Positions 30,313-40,385 of a stretch of 46,194 nucleotides of DNA are shown here, one piece after another. The position numbers and the translations under genes were made by a program. The stretch comes from a virus: the IMG/VR virus record IMGVR_UViG_3300045988_132972. One strand, 5' to 3'. The notes beneath the pieces are model-generated. The model made no database searches and was not told the DNA's origin. It saw nothing but the letters and a program-made list of their open reading frames with translations. The first letter of the stretch is position 1. Every line of letters starts with the position of its first letter.

Positions 30313-30926
30313 TACAGTATAATGTTGATGTAGACGATTTAAGGCAGATAGAGAATGCACTTGGTATGTCTAAGGATAAAAGTAAACAAATTCTCAAATC
30401 TGCGATAAATTCTACAGAAAAAGAAACTACCAAGCTTCTGTCAGGAGAAGCTAATAAAAGATACTACATTAAGAAAACAAAGGTTGACAAGACTTTAGAC
30501 ACAAAGAAAGCTACTGTATCTAATCTTGAAGGCCTTATAACTTCTACTGGTGGCGTTAATGAATTGTACGATTTTCGCGTATCTCCTAAAGCATACAATC
30601 CACACAACAGACCAAGAACTGGTCATACTGGTAATGTAAACAGAGCCAACAGCCCTAAGAGACTGTACCTGCGTCCGGGCGCGACATTTGATAAATACAA
30701 AGCATTTGTTGTTCGATTCAAGAGCGGCCATGTTACTATAGGACAGCGTGTCCCTGGTAAAAGAATGAAATCAAACCCTAAAAAAGAGGCTGTAAAAGAA
30801 TTGCTTTCACCATCAACACCCACATTGCTCGGCAATGAGAAAGGGGTGTATGTCATAGTACAACCTCAGATGTATTCAATATTAGAAAAAAATATTGAGC
30901 AGCAGATACAGAGATTTCTTGGATAG
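30309..30926 (+). CDS. Putative head-tail joining / tail completion protein (GpZ-like position)
   Basis: Called by position. 205 aa. Confidence 0.45.
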   Translation: MIQYNVDVDDLRQIENALGMSKDKSKQILKSAINSTEKETTKLLSGEANKRYYIKKTKVDKTLDTKKATVSNLEGLITSTGGVNELYDFRVSPKAYNPHNRPRTGHTGNVNRANSPKRLYLRPGATFDKYKAFVVRFKSGHVTIGQRVPGKRMKSNPKKEAVKELLSPSTPTLLGNEKGVYVIVQPQMYSILEKNIEQQIQRFLG

Positions 30927-30935
30927 GAGCGGAAT

Positions 30936-31460
30936 ATGACACCATTAACAGTACAAATGTCTCTTATTGATGAACTAAAAGACATGTTTAAGGGATATGA
31001 ATATAAGAATGCTAAAGGGGACATGGTTCCTCTGAATGTGTATATGCAGGACACACCGATACAAAAATATACTCCTCCAGAGGAGTATAACGAAGAATAT
31101 AACGGATATATGGACGAAGAAGAAAGTGAAATCCCGGTGCCTTATATAATTGTAAGACTAAACAGCGGAGGCCATACAGGAAACTATGAAGACCCTAACA
31201 AAGTAAATATAGTGCTTATAGTATGTATATGGGACGACGGGCTGGATAATGAAGGACATATAAGCGTTATGAATATATTACAAAAAATATATGAGCGATT
31301 TGCGAAAGATAATAATTTGCGCAATATTGCAGTCTTTGACGGACAATGGAACTGGTTACGACAGGAGGATAATTATTATCCATTCTTTATCGGAGCTTGT
31401 ACATTGTCCTTTAATTTTGCCTTTGTAAGAAAGGAGACATATTATGACGACTACTGCTAA
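30936..31460 (+). CDS. Putative neck / tail terminator protein
   Basis: Called by position, upstream of the sheath gene. 174 aa. Confidence 0.45.
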   Translation: MTPLTVQMSLIDELKDMFKGYEYKNAKGDMVPLNVYMQDTPIQKYTPPEEYNEEYNGYMDEEESEIPVPYIIVRLNSGGHTGNYEDPNKVNIVLIVCIWDDGLDNEGHISVMNILQKIYERFAKDNNLRNIAVFDGQWNWLRQEDNYYPFFIGACTLSFNFAFVRKETYYDDYC

Positions 31461-31713
31461 GAAAAAAGAAGAACAGAAAGCCAACTTAATGTATATAGGA
31501 CCGACGATATCAGGCGTAGCCAGATATTCAACTGTATTCAAAGAAGGAGTGCTGCCGGACAGACTTAAAGAATGCGTAAAGGAATTCCCGGCAATGGCGA
31601 AGCTGTTAGTTAAAATTGAGGATATACCGGAGGCAATGAAGAAACTCAATGAAAAGAATAGCGTGCTGAGTACAATATGTACTCAGGTTAAGAATAAATT
31701 TAAGGAGGCTTAA
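31444..31713 (+). CDS. Hypothetical structural-module protein (89 aa)
   Basis: ORF track. SD AAGGAGA. Confidence 0.6.
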   Translation: MTTTAKKKEEQKANLMYIGPTISGVARYSTVFKEGVLPDRLKECVKEFPAMAKLLVKIEDIPEAMKKLNEKNSVLSTICTQVKNKFKEA

Positions 31714-31715
31714 TA

Positions 31716-33149
31716 ATGGCATACAATCATGGAATAGCGGTTTTAGAAAACCCTACAAGCGTACCAACACCGGCTGTTAATGATGGTGAAGTTCCTGTGA
31801 TTTTCGGAACGGCACCGATTAACCTGGCATCTGATCCGAGAGCAGCAACAAACAAATTGTTTTTGTGTAATACATTTGCAGAGGCACAGGCTGCAGTCGG
31901 ATATTCAGATGATTACGAGAATTATACATTGTGTCAGGCAATGGATTCATTTTTCAAGGTGTTTAAAATAGCACCTGTAATAATCTGCAATGTCCTTGAT
32001 CCAGACAAACATAAAACGGATTATTCGGAAGAAATTACTGTAATTGGAGAGCAGGCAGTATCAACTAAGAAAGGGATTTTACTTGATACGCTCACTGTTT
32101 CTAATGAAAGTACACCACTTGTCAAAGATACGGATTACACTGTGGAATTCAACGATAAAGGATATGTAGTTGTTACTGTAATTAAAGAGGCTGTATCTAA
32201 AGTCAAAATGACAGGGAAAGCAATTGACCCAAGTACAGTAACAGATATTGATATTATTGGTTCATATGATGCAGGAACTGGCAAGGAGACAGGAATTGAA
32301 CTTGCAAGAAGAGTATTTCCTACATTTGGAGTAAGAGTTAATTTTTTGCTCGCTCCGGGCTGGTCACAGATTCCGTCTGTTGGGCTTGCGCTTTCTGCTA
32401 AAGAGGAAAAGCTAAGCGGATTATTCAAATGCAGAGCTGTAATTGATATTGATACTAAGAAAGCAACAAAGTACACAGATGTAGAGAAAGTAAAGAAGGA
32501 TAGCGGATTTGCTTCTGAAGATATTGTTGTATGGCCAATGGTATCATATGGCGGCAAGGTGATGTATTATTCAGCAATTTATGCTGCTATGACATGCCTG
32601 TTAGATTACAACAATGGTTCAGTACCTAATATCTCACCATCAAATGAAGATATCAAGGTGAGCGCTGCTGTTATATATGACGGCACAGAAGTATGCCTTG
32701 ATATCACTCAGGCTAACGAACTTAACGCTGTCGGCGTTGTTACAGCGTTAAATCTTAACGGTGCATATAGATCATGGGGAAATAACACAGCGGCATACCC
32801 AGGCACAACAGATCCTAAGGATAGATGGATTTGCTGCAGAAGATTCTTTGACTGGTATTCAAACAGCTTCATTGCAACATACCTTGAAAAGGTTGACGAT
32901 CCAGGTAATTACAGACTTGTAGAATCTATAGTTGATTCAGAGAATGTAAGAGGGAACAGCCTTGTGTCACAGGGAAAGTGCGCAGGAGCAAAGATTGTTT
33001 ACAGCAAAGAGGATAACCCTGTAGGTAATATTGTTAATGGAAATGTAGTGTTCAGACAGTACATAGCACCATATACACCAGCAGAATATATCTTAGATAT
33101 CTTAGAGTTCGACCCAACAATGTTAGAAGCAGCGCTTGGAGGTGAATAA
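31716..33149 (+). CDS. Contractile tail sheath protein
   Basis: 477 aa. The N-terminus MAYNHGIAVLENPTSVPTPA...VIFGTAPI is typical of myovirus sheath proteins. The tube gene follows. Confidence 0.9.
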   Translation: MAYNHGIAVLENPTSVPTPAVNDGEVPVIFGTAPINLASDPRAATNKLFLCNTFAEAQAAVGYSDDYENYTLCQAMDSFFKVFKIAPVIICNVLDPDKHKTDYSEEITVIGEQAVSTKKGILLDTLTVSNESTPLVKDTDYTVEFNDKGYVVVTVIKEAVSKVKMTGKAIDPSTVTDIDIIGSYDAGTGKETGIELARRVFPTFGVRVNFLLAPGWSQIPSVGLALSAKEEKLSGLFKCRAVIDIDTKKATKYTDVEKVKKDSGFASEDIVVWPMVSYGGKVMYYSAIYAAMTCLLDYNNGSVPNISPSNEDIKVSAAVIYDGTEVCLDITQANELNAVGVVTALNLNGAYRSWGNNTAAYPGTTDPKDRWICCRRFFDWYSNSFIATYLEKVDDPGNYRLVESIVDSENVRGNSLVSQGKCAGAKIVYSKEDNPVGNIVNGNVVFRQYIAPYTPAEYILDILEFDPTMLEAALGGE

Positions 33150-33151
33150 TT

Positions 33152-33676
33152 ATGAGCATAGCAAATGTACCAGAGGTTATTAATAATTTCAATGTATATA
33201 ACAATGGAAATAAACTTATTGGAATTTCAGGTAGTCACACATTACCTAATTTTGATGCGATTACAGAAACTATGGCAGGAGCCGGAGTTCTTGGAGAGTA
33301 TGAAACGAGCATGGTAGGCAATTTCAGTTCTATGGAACAGGAATTATCTTTTGCAGTGCTTGAAAGCGACATGTTTGACCTTATGGATCCTACACAGCCA
33401 GTTGATATTACATTCAGAGCGTCGCAGCAGTCTACAGTAAAATCAACAGGAGCGCTTGATTATACAAGCATGAGAATTGTAGAAAGAGGACGCTTCAAAT
33501 CTTTTGAACCTGGAAAGATGGAAAGAGGAAAACAGATGGATGCAAAGCTTAAGTTCGAACTGTTCTACATTCTCATTGAGATTGACGGAAAAACAGTTAT
33601 CGAATATGACAAGCTGAATTCTGTATTTACTGTAAATGGAAAGGATTTACTTGAGAAAGTGAGGTCACAGTGCTAA
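33152..33676 (+). CDS. Tail tube protein
   Basis: 174 aa directly after the sheath. ..NNFNVYNNGNKLIGISG..LPNF...TE....AG.LGEYE is a P2 FII-like pattern. Confidence 0.85.
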   Translation: MSIANVPEVINNFNVYNNGNKLIGISGSHTLPNFDAITETMAGAGVLGEYETSMVGNFSSMEQELSFAVLESDMFDLMDPTQPVDITFRASQQSTVKSTGALDYTSMRIVERGRFKSFEPGKMERGKQMDAKLKFELFYILIEIDGKTVIEYDKLNSVFTVNGKDLLEKVRSQC

Positions 33677-34056
33677 TGGAATCAACAATTAAAAAAGATG
33701 TAAGTTTAGAAGCTACTGCCGTCGAGGTGGTAGCTTCTGATGTTTCAGAGGAAGAGAAAGACGATCTGTTAATTAAGCTTAAGAAGCCGTATATGTTTGA
33801 AAGGGTTGAGTATAAGGAAGTTGACTTAAGAGGCTTAAGAGACTTAAAGGCGTCGGACATGATTACGATTAACAACAGAATGAAGAGGAGATCAGGTGGA
33901 AGCATTGATGTAATGCCGGAAGTTACTCTTGAATACGCTGCAGAGATTGCGGCAATGGGTTCTAAACAGCCTGTTGAATTTTTTACTAATCTTCCAGCAA
34001 GTGAAAGTATGGCGGTTAAGAATGCTGTACTGGGGTTTTTGTTCGGCTCGGAATAA
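33676..34056 (+). CDS. Tail assembly chaperone (gpE/gpG analogue), zero-frame product
   Basis: Lies between the tube and tape measure genes. The ATG at 33676 lies 10 nt after GAGG. Confidence 0.8.
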   Translation: MESTIKKDVSLEATAVEVVASDVSEEEKDDLLIKLKKPYMFERVEYKEVDLRGLRDLKASDMITINNRMKRRSGGSIDVMPEVTLEYAAEIAAMGSKQPVEFFTNLPASESMAVKNAVLGFLFGSE

Positions 34057-34241
34057 ACCCAAATGATGCACCACAGCTTAGAAGAACGATTATAGAACTT
34101 TCGATAGCACTAAAAACAGGCATAGATTATTTTAATTCGCTTACATTGCAGGAATTATTAGAAATAATAAAGGAAGTGATTGAGATTGGCAGTGACAGGA
34201 AAAGAGTACAAACTAGCAATAAGAATAGCCGGCGTAATTGA
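33676..34241 (+). CDS. Tail assembly chaperone, predicted -1 frameshift fusion product (gpE+E'/gpGT analogue)
   Basis: The slippery run GGGGTTTTTG (34032-34041) lies 15 nt before the zero-frame stop. The -1 frame is open to 34241 and reads ..GINPNDAPQLRRTIIELSIALKTGIDYFNSLTLQELLEIIKEVIEIG. Confidence 0.6.
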
Positions 34242-37200
34242 CAAGTCCTACACTGCAAGTCTCGCCACGGCTAAAACACAACTTAATGCTAATGTTGCTG
34301 AAATTAATAAGAGTTTTACCAGCCTTGATAAAGGCTTTGACGCGACAATGAAAGTTGGCCAGAATTGTTTTAAAGCAATAGCGACGGCTTCTGGCGTTGC
34401 CGCTGCAGCTATTACAGCAGCAGCGGCAGCATCTATTGTTGCAGGTTCTAATTTTGAATCTGCATTTGCTGGAGTAAAAAAGACGGTTGACGCAACGGAA
34501 GAAGAGTACGCAATGCTGCGCCAGAATATTCTTGATATGTCAAAAGAGATTCCGTCCAGTGCATCAGAAATTGCTAATGTAATGGAGATTGCAGGACAGT
34601 TAGGAATCGCCACTGATTCATTAACGGAATTCACAAAGGTTATGATTAACCTGGGTGTGTCAACGAATTTAAGCGCGGAAGATGCAGCTACAGCGCTTGC
34701 TAAGTTTGCAAATGTTGTAAGCATGCCTGATTTTGACGAGAACGGAATAAGTAATTATGAAAGACTGGGTTCAGTTATTGTTGACTTAGGTAATAACTTT
34801 GCGACAACAGAACAGGACATTGTAACAATGGCAACAAGACTTGCTTCAACGGGAGATATTGTTGGATTGTCGGAAGCACAAATTATGGCGCTTGCAACGG
34901 CAATGAGTTCTGTTGGCATAGAAGCAGAGGCTGGCGGTTCTACAATGTCAAAATTGCTAAGAAAGATACAGTTAGCAGTCGAAACGGGTTCAAGTTCTTT
35001 ACAGGATTATGCAAGTGTGGCCAACATGACCGGAGAGGAATTCTCACAGGCATTTAAGGACGACGCCGTGGTTGCTTTATCTGCATTTATTGATGGACTT
35101 AACGACACGGAAAGAAACGGCAAATCTGCAGTTGCTATTCTGGACGATATGGATATCAAAGAGATAAGACTTACGAATACAATTCTTGCACTTGCTAATG
35201 CTTCTGGCGTTATGAGCAATGCAATTGACACTGCTAATAAAGCATGGGACGAAAATACGGCCCTTGCGATTGAGGCAGGGAAACGATATGAAACTGTAGA
35301 AAGTAAAATGCAGATAATGAAGAATGCATTTGTAGACCTGGGCATATCTGCATATGAGGATTTAAGAGAACCTCTTGTAGACGCAATAGGTTTTTCTACA
35401 GATAAGATTGAAGAACTGAATAAAAAGATAAGCGGTGCGAATGGTGTAAGTAAGTGGATTAACGATATAGGAACATCAATTCCTACTTTAAAGCGGAAGA
35501 TAACTACGAATGGCAAACCGATATTAACATTTTTTGACGGCTTAAAAGATGTTCTCGATTGGATTGTTAAACATAAATCAGCGGTTATTGGTTCAATAGA
35601 AGGAATTGCAACAGCATTAATTGCTTATAAAATAGCTTCTACGATATCACATATTGTAGCGGCTGCATCAGAACTTTCTACAGCCTCAATTGCTATTATA
35701 GCAATAACAACGGCTATAGCAGAATTATCAGCTATTTACTATACATACAAAAATATTGAAAGAGAAATGGCAAATAACAGCCTTAAGGAACACTTTGGAG
35801 ACATAGCTCTTACTCTTCAGGACTTGGAGAGAGTAGCGGGAAATATTGTTAATTCAGGAAATTTAACTGCTGTTGACAAGGCACTTGAAGCATTTGGAGA
35901 TTTGGACGATATTTCAGCAACAATGAAAGAGGCTACAAGTAAGCTGGATAAGCTTAATTGGAAAGTTTCTATCGGAATCAAGCTTAATCCTGATGAGCAG
36001 GAAGATTATAAGACAGCAATAAGTGATTATGTGACGGCGGCGCAAAACTACGCACAACAGTCACAATATGCAGTAGCACTTAATCTTTCAGTAGCGTTTG
36101 ATGAAAACGATGAAAACGGCGCTGATGTTGTATCTAAAGTAAATCAGTTTTACCAGGATAAATACGATAGATTATCAGAGCTGGGAACTAAGCTTAATGA
36201 GGCTGTAACAGATGCGTTCAATGACGGACTTCTTGATATCAAAGAAGCACAGACTATATCAAATATTCAGGCGGCAATGGCAGAAGTTGAGGAACAACTT
36301 GCAACAGGAGAGTTTGAAGCTAAAATGTCTGTACTTCAGCTAGATTATTCGGGAAAGGATTTGACAAGTGATGCATTCCAGAATCTTCAGGACGAATTAA
36401 ACAAGCAGATTGAGACTGCAACAGAATCATACAAAGAAGCTTATGTAAAGAACTTTGCATCGATTAAAGCTGCATATGAGGCAGGAGATTATCTGTCAGA
36501 CGAAGAATATAACAATGCTCTTGAATCTTTGAAAGAAAAGTACCTTGAAAATGTTTCAAACATTCAGCAGAAAGCAGCAGAGTTCCAGATGAATACTATC
36601 ACAGATGCGTACAGTGATGAAATAAGCGAGGCTAAGAAAAAGTGGGAAGATACACTTGATGAACAATTCGGAGAAGAATATGCGCAATCATGGGCGGAGA
36701 AATCTGGAGCCATGTGGCAGCAGGTATATGACACCATGTCTTCTACAGCGTATTTTGATTCTGCAGACAGAACAGCGATATCTAACCTTCTTGATGCATT
36801 AAAACCTACAATGGAAGAAATGCAGAATACTATTGATGAATATACGGCAGCAGGTAAAGAAGTACCTAAGGCATTATCTGATGGAATGAAGGACTATGAG
36901 GCTTTACTTGCATTAACTAACAGTACGGATTCTGTAATGAATGCAATAGGAGAATCTATTGCAAACACAGATAAATACGACGGCATTATGAATATGCTTG
37001 ATGAAAAAGGCATGAAAATACCGGAACAGGTTGCAACATCAATTCAGAATAATTCAGACAAAGCAAAAGATGCATGTACACAGTTATATGATGAGGTGAG
37101 CGAAACCTTGACACATTTGTTCTCTAAAGGAATAAGCGTAGATGCAGCAGTCAATCTTAATCTTAGTGCTGTATATGACAATTCAGGCAATTTAACTGGT

Positions 37201-37662
37201 CCATATAGCAATGACTATATAGAACAGAACAGCAAAATGAAGCTAAAATTGCCGGGACATGCTGACGGCGGAATATTCACTGATCCGCATATAGCAGCTT
37301 TCTGTGAGAATGGAATGGAATCTGTTATACCTATAGATGGAAGTGCTAATGCATTATCATTATGGGAAAAGACTGGTCAATTATTAGGGCTGAGTTTTAA
37401 CATTGAAAAACAGGGTGGTAGCAATGCAGTATCTATGTGGCAGCAAAGTAAGAATCTTATAGACATGAGTGGAAACTTTAACACTGATACACTGCACAGC
37501 CAGCCTAGCGGACCGGTAACAATTGAATATAAACCGACATTACAGTTTTATGGAGAAGCTCCAAGCAGTGAGGATATTCGGGACGCATTGAGTATATCTC
37601 AGAGCGAATTTGAAGAACTAATGGACAGGTATTTAAAGGAGAACGGAAGGAGTTCGTTCTAA
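34180..37662 (+). CDS. Tape measure protein
   Basis: 1160 aa, with Ala-rich helical and TM-like segments, at the canonical position. The exact start is uncertain (TTG 34180, TTG 34186 or GTG 34192). Confidence 0.9.
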   Translation: MRLAVTGKEYKLAIRIAGVIDKSYTASLATAKTQLNANVAEINKSFTSLDKGFDATMKVGQNCFKAIATASGVAAAAITAAAAASIVAGSNFESAFAGVKKTVDATEEEYAMLRQNILDMSKEIPSSASEIANVMEIAGQLGIATDSLTEFTKVMINLGVSTNLSAEDAATALAKFANVVSMPDFDENGISNYERLGSVIVDLGNNFATTEQDIVTMATRLASTGDIVGLSEAQIMALATAMSSVGIEAEAGGSTMSKLLRKIQLAVETGSSSLQDYASVANMTGEEFSQAFKDDAVVALSAFIDGLNDTERNGKSAVAILDDMDIKEIRLTNTILALANASGVMSNAIDTANKAWDENTALAIEAGKRYETVESKMQIMKNAFVDLGISAYEDLREPLVDAIGFSTDKIEELNKKISGANGVSKWINDIGTSIPTLKRKITTNGKPILTFFDGLKDVLDWIVKHKSAVIGSIEGIATALIAYKIASTISHIVAAASELSTASIAIIAITTAIAELSAIYYTYKNIEREMANNSLKEHFGDIALTLQDLERVAGNIVNSGNLTAVDKALEAFGDLDDISATMKEATSKLDKLNWKVSIGIKLNPDEQEDYKTAISDYVTAAQNYAQQSQYAVALNLSVAFDENDENGADVVSKVNQFYQDKYDRLSELGTKLNEAVTDAFNDGLLDIKEAQTISNIQAAMAEVEEQLATGEFEAKMSVLQLDYSGKDLTSDAFQNLQDELNKQIETATESYKEAYVKNFASIKAAYEAGDYLSDEEYNNALESLKEKYLENVSNIQQKAAEFQMNTITDAYSDEISEAKKKWEDTLDEQFGEEYAQSWAEKSGAMWQQVYDTMSSTAYFDSADRTAISNLLDALKPTMEEMQNTIDEYTAAGKEVPKALSDGMKDYEALLALTNSTDSVMNAIGESIANTDKYDGIMNMLDEKGMKIPEQVATSIQNNSDKAKDACTQLYDEVSETLTHLFSKGISVDAAVNLNLSAVYDNSGNLTGPYSNDYIEQNSKMKLKLPGHADGGIFTDPHIAAFCENGMESVIPIDGSANALSLWEKTGQLLGLSFNIEKQGGSNAVSMWQQSKNLIDMSGNFNTDTLHSQPSGPVTIEYKPTLQFYGEAPSSEDIRDALSISQSEFEELMDRYLKENGRSSF

Positions 37663-37673
37663 AAGGAGTATCA

Positions 37674-37874
37674 ATGGCTAAAACATATACAACAATGTCC
37701 GGCGATACATGGGATAGAATCTCAAGAGAGGTATATGGTTCAGAATCGTATACCTCGTTTTTGATGGCTAACAATCAAGACAAATTAGACACATTTGTAT
37801 TTTCGGCGGGTGAAAAACTTATCGTTGAGGATATTCCTGAAAAAACGAAAGTTCTACCAGATTGGAGGTCATAA
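37674..37874 (+). CDS. LysM-type tail protein (P2 gpX / XkdP-like)
   Basis: 66 aa. YTTMSGDTWDRISREVYGSESYTSFLMANN......AGEKLIV. Confidence 0.8.
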   Translation: MAKTYTTMSGDTWDRISREVYGSESYTSFLMANNQDKLDTFVFSAGEKLIVEDIPEKTKVLPDWRS

Positions 37875-39421
37875 TGGCACTCCCTAGATATGTCGAGGCA
37901 TTAATTAATTATGATGGTACAAGCAGACAGGTTATTACCGAGACAACGACAACGACAGAAGAAACAGAAAATACAGGGACATACACAGTAGAATCCGGAG
38001 ATACACTGTGGGGAATAGCGGATAGTTATTATGGTTCAGGAATCCGATACACAGAAATCTATGATGCGAATGCGGACATAATAGAAGCTGCAGCACAAGA
38101 TCATGGCTTTGACAGTTCAGAAGGCGGTCACTGGATATGGCCAGGCGAAGTATTTAGCATACCGGGCATAGGCGGTTCAGAAGAGATTACAACCACTACA
38201 ACAAGAGTGGAGGTTATAGGAGAGCCTATGCCAGAATTGGGAGATATGATTAAGGATAAATTATCAGCCTTGTCATATACAGATGTTGCAAGCGGGCAGT
38301 CTGATACTGCGAGCATTACAATTGCTGATATATCTAAGGATTGGCTTACAACATATTATCCAAAAAAAGGCGCTGAATTCACACTTGGGATAAAACTTAA
38401 CAATTGGAATAACACAGGTGACAGCAGCGAATGTAATTACGGAACATTTATCATTGATGATATTGCACCATCTGGAAGACCTCTGAAAGAAACAATTAGC
38501 ATGGTGAGTATGCCGTCTAATAATGACTTTAAAACATTGTCAAGAGATGATACATGGAAAGATACAACTATTAGAGATATTGCACAGGTGATAGCAGATA
38601 GAGCGGGAATAGAACTTTATTATGATGCGCCTGACATACAAATATCCGAAATGGAACAAAATAAACAGGTAGATAGTAGCTTTTTACTATCTCTATGCGA
38701 GAAGTACGGACTTGGAATGAAGATATACAATCACAAGATTGTAATATTTGATATTGTTGAATACGAACAGAAAGATAGCGTGTTGACTATTGATGAATCT
38801 GAAATTACAACATGGACGGGTTCAGACACAATAACAGGAACATATACAGGCGTAGAACTTGGATATTCAGATCCTGACAAAGATAACACGATTAACATAT
38901 TTATAGGGGAAGAAGGAAGAAAGTACTATCTTAATATACAGGCTTCAAGCGAATATGACGCACAACTGCAAGCTGCAGCGAAGGTTAATGAAGCAAACAG
39001 AAAAATGCTTACACTGTCTATAACAATGATGGCTAATCCTGACATTGTTGCAACGCAATGTATTGACATTACAGGGCTAGGAAGACTTAACGGTAAATAT
39101 TACATAGACAGCATCAAGCATGATATTACCAAAGGATACAGTCAAAAATTAACAGTACATAAAGTACAGGACCCAATAATAATATCTGCACCTGTATGTC
39201 AGGAAGAAGATACAACAGATAACAGTAATAATATTTATATCGTAGAATCCGGAGATACACTGTGGGGAATAGCGGATAATTATTATGGTTCAGGAATCCG
39301 GTACACAGAAATCTATGATGCGAATGCGGACACAATAGAAACTACAGCACAAGAACATGGCTTTGATAGTTCAGATGGTGGTCACTGGATATGGCCGGGT
39401 GAAGAACTGATTATACCATAG
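37874..39421 (+). CDS. gpD / XkdQ-like tail (late control D family) protein flanked by N- and C-terminal LysM domains
   Basis: The ATG at 37874 lies after GGAGG (TAATG overlap). The core ..DIAPSGRPLKETISMVSMPSNNDFKT..TTIRDIAQVIADRAGIELYYD is gpD-like. Both termini carry YxVESGDTLWGIADxYYGSGIRYTEIYDANAD. Confidence 0.8.
   Translation: MALPRYVEALINYDGTSRQVITETTTTTEETENTGTYTVESGDTLWGIADSYYGSGIRYTEIYDANADIIEAAAQDHGFDSSEGGHWIWPGEVFSIPGIGGSEEITTTTTRVEVIGEPMPELGDMIKDKLSALSYTDVASGQSDTASITIADISKDWLTTYYPKKGAEFTLGIKLNNWNNTGDSSECNYGTFIIDDIAPSGRPLKETISMVSMPSNNDFKTLSRDDTWKDTTIRDIAQVIADRAGIELYYDAPDIQISEMEQNKQVDSSFLLSLCEKYGLGMKIYNHKIVIFDIVEYEQKDSVLTIDESEITTWTGSDTITGTYTGVELGYSDPDKDNTINIFIGEEGRKYYLNIQASSEYDAQLQAAAKVNEANRKMLTLSITMMANPDIVATQCIDITGLGRLNGKYYIDSIKHDITKGYSQKLTVHKVQDPIIISAPVCQEEDTTDNSNNIYIVESGDTLWGIADNYYGSGIRYTEIYDANADTIETTAQEHGFDSSDGGHWIWPGEELIIP
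37988..38142 (+). repeat. Intragenic direct repeat, copy 1 (LysM-coding, ~155 nt, roughly 90 percent identical to 39242-39396)
   Basis: The first 37 nt, GTAGAATCCGGAGATACACTGTGGGGAATAGCGGATA, are identical in both copies. The offset is constant at 1254 nt with no indels. Confidence 0.9.
39242..39396 (+). repeat. Intragenic direct repeat, copy 2
   Basis: See 37988-38142. Confidence 0.9.
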
Positions 39422-39429
39422 GGGGCTTT

Positions 39430-39978
39430 ATGGAATTAAGAGTTGGCAGAGTAATTGAAATATATCCAGAAGAAGGCAAGGTTAAAGTAACATTTGAGGA
39501 TACAAATAATTCTTCACTTGCACTCCCAATGTTGACAATGAACAATGAATATATGATGCCGTCAATTGGCGCAAGAGTTATAACAGCTCATTTTGACAGT
39601 GGTAGCAGCAAAGGAGTTGTTTTAGGCACATATTATTATGATGGGAATATGCCTTCTGCATCTGCTGGATTCAGAAAAGATTTTGGGAATGGTGCTTATA
39701 TTTCGTCTGGTGAAGATGTAACAATAGGCGCTAAAAACGACATTGATTTTAGAGTAGGAAGTACCCTGACCTCTATTAAAACTATTATTCAAGAGATAAA
39801 TCAGATTAAGAGCGATTTAAAAGAAATGAATGATAAATTAAATGACATTGAGAAGACGGAAAATAAAAACACAGACAAGATAAAAAATATAGAAGAACGA
39901 ATTGCAAAACTAGATAATAGCGCCAAGATTGTTGCATTAGAGAAGAGAATTGAAGCTCTTGAAAAGAAGGGTGGTTGA
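39430..39978 (+). CDS. Baseplate spike / assembly protein V
   Basis: MELRVGRVIEIYPEEGKVKVTFED...LPMLT....MPSIGARVITAHFDSGSSKGVVLG is gpV-like, followed by a C-terminal coiled coil. Confidence 0.8.
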   Translation: MELRVGRVIEIYPEEGKVKVTFEDTNNSSLALPMLTMNNEYMMPSIGARVITAHFDSGSSKGVVLGTYYYDGNMPSASAGFRKDFGNGAYISSGEDVTIGAKNDIDFRVGSTLTSIKTIIQEINQIKSDLKEMNDKLNDIEKTENKNTDKIKNIEERIAKLDNSAKIVALEKRIEALEKKGG

Positions 39979-39980
39979 TT

Positions 39981-40376
39981 ATGGTAATAGGAAATCTTGG
40001 AGACCTTATTGTATTTGAGGTGAGCAGTGAAAAAATACAGACATTTAACTCATTAACAAGAAGTGTTAAGGGAAAGTGGACTACACATGACATAATAAGC
40101 AACAAACCTAAATCGGAGTTTTTGGGCGCTGATCTTAGCGATATCTCTTTTACTGTTACATTATCAGTGAATCATGGAGTGAAGCCCAGAGATACAATGG
40201 AACGAATAGAAGAGGCTGTAGAAAAAGGAGAACATTTTCCATTTGTCCTGGGTGGTAGATTGATAGGCGAAAATGATTGGAAAATTACTTCAGTTAGCGA
40301 GACATACAGCACAATTATTGCTGACGGGAAAATAGCTCAGGCTAAAGTAAATCTGACACTGCAGGAGTATGTATAA
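39981..40376 (+). CDS. P2 GpU-like tail protein
   Basis: ..FEVSSEKIQTFNSLTRSVKGKWTTHDIISNKPKSEFLGADLSDISFTVTL...LGGRLIGENDWKITS. Confidence 0.6.
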   Translation: MVIGNLGDLIVFEVSSEKIQTFNSLTRSVKGKWTTHDIISNKPKSEFLGADLSDISFTVTLSVNHGVKPRDTMERIEEAVEKGEHFPFVLGGRLIGENDWKITSVSETYSTIIADGKIAQAKVNLTLQEYV

Positions 40377-40385
40377 GGAGGCATT

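Noticed and set aside
34248-35516. Long minus-strand ORFs (34248..34724 and 35007..35516) inside the tape measure gene.
   Set aside because: They are antisense to a 1160-aa gene with clear structural-module context. Their Ala/Ser-rich translations are typical of shadow frames of Ala-rich coding sequence. They have no SD.
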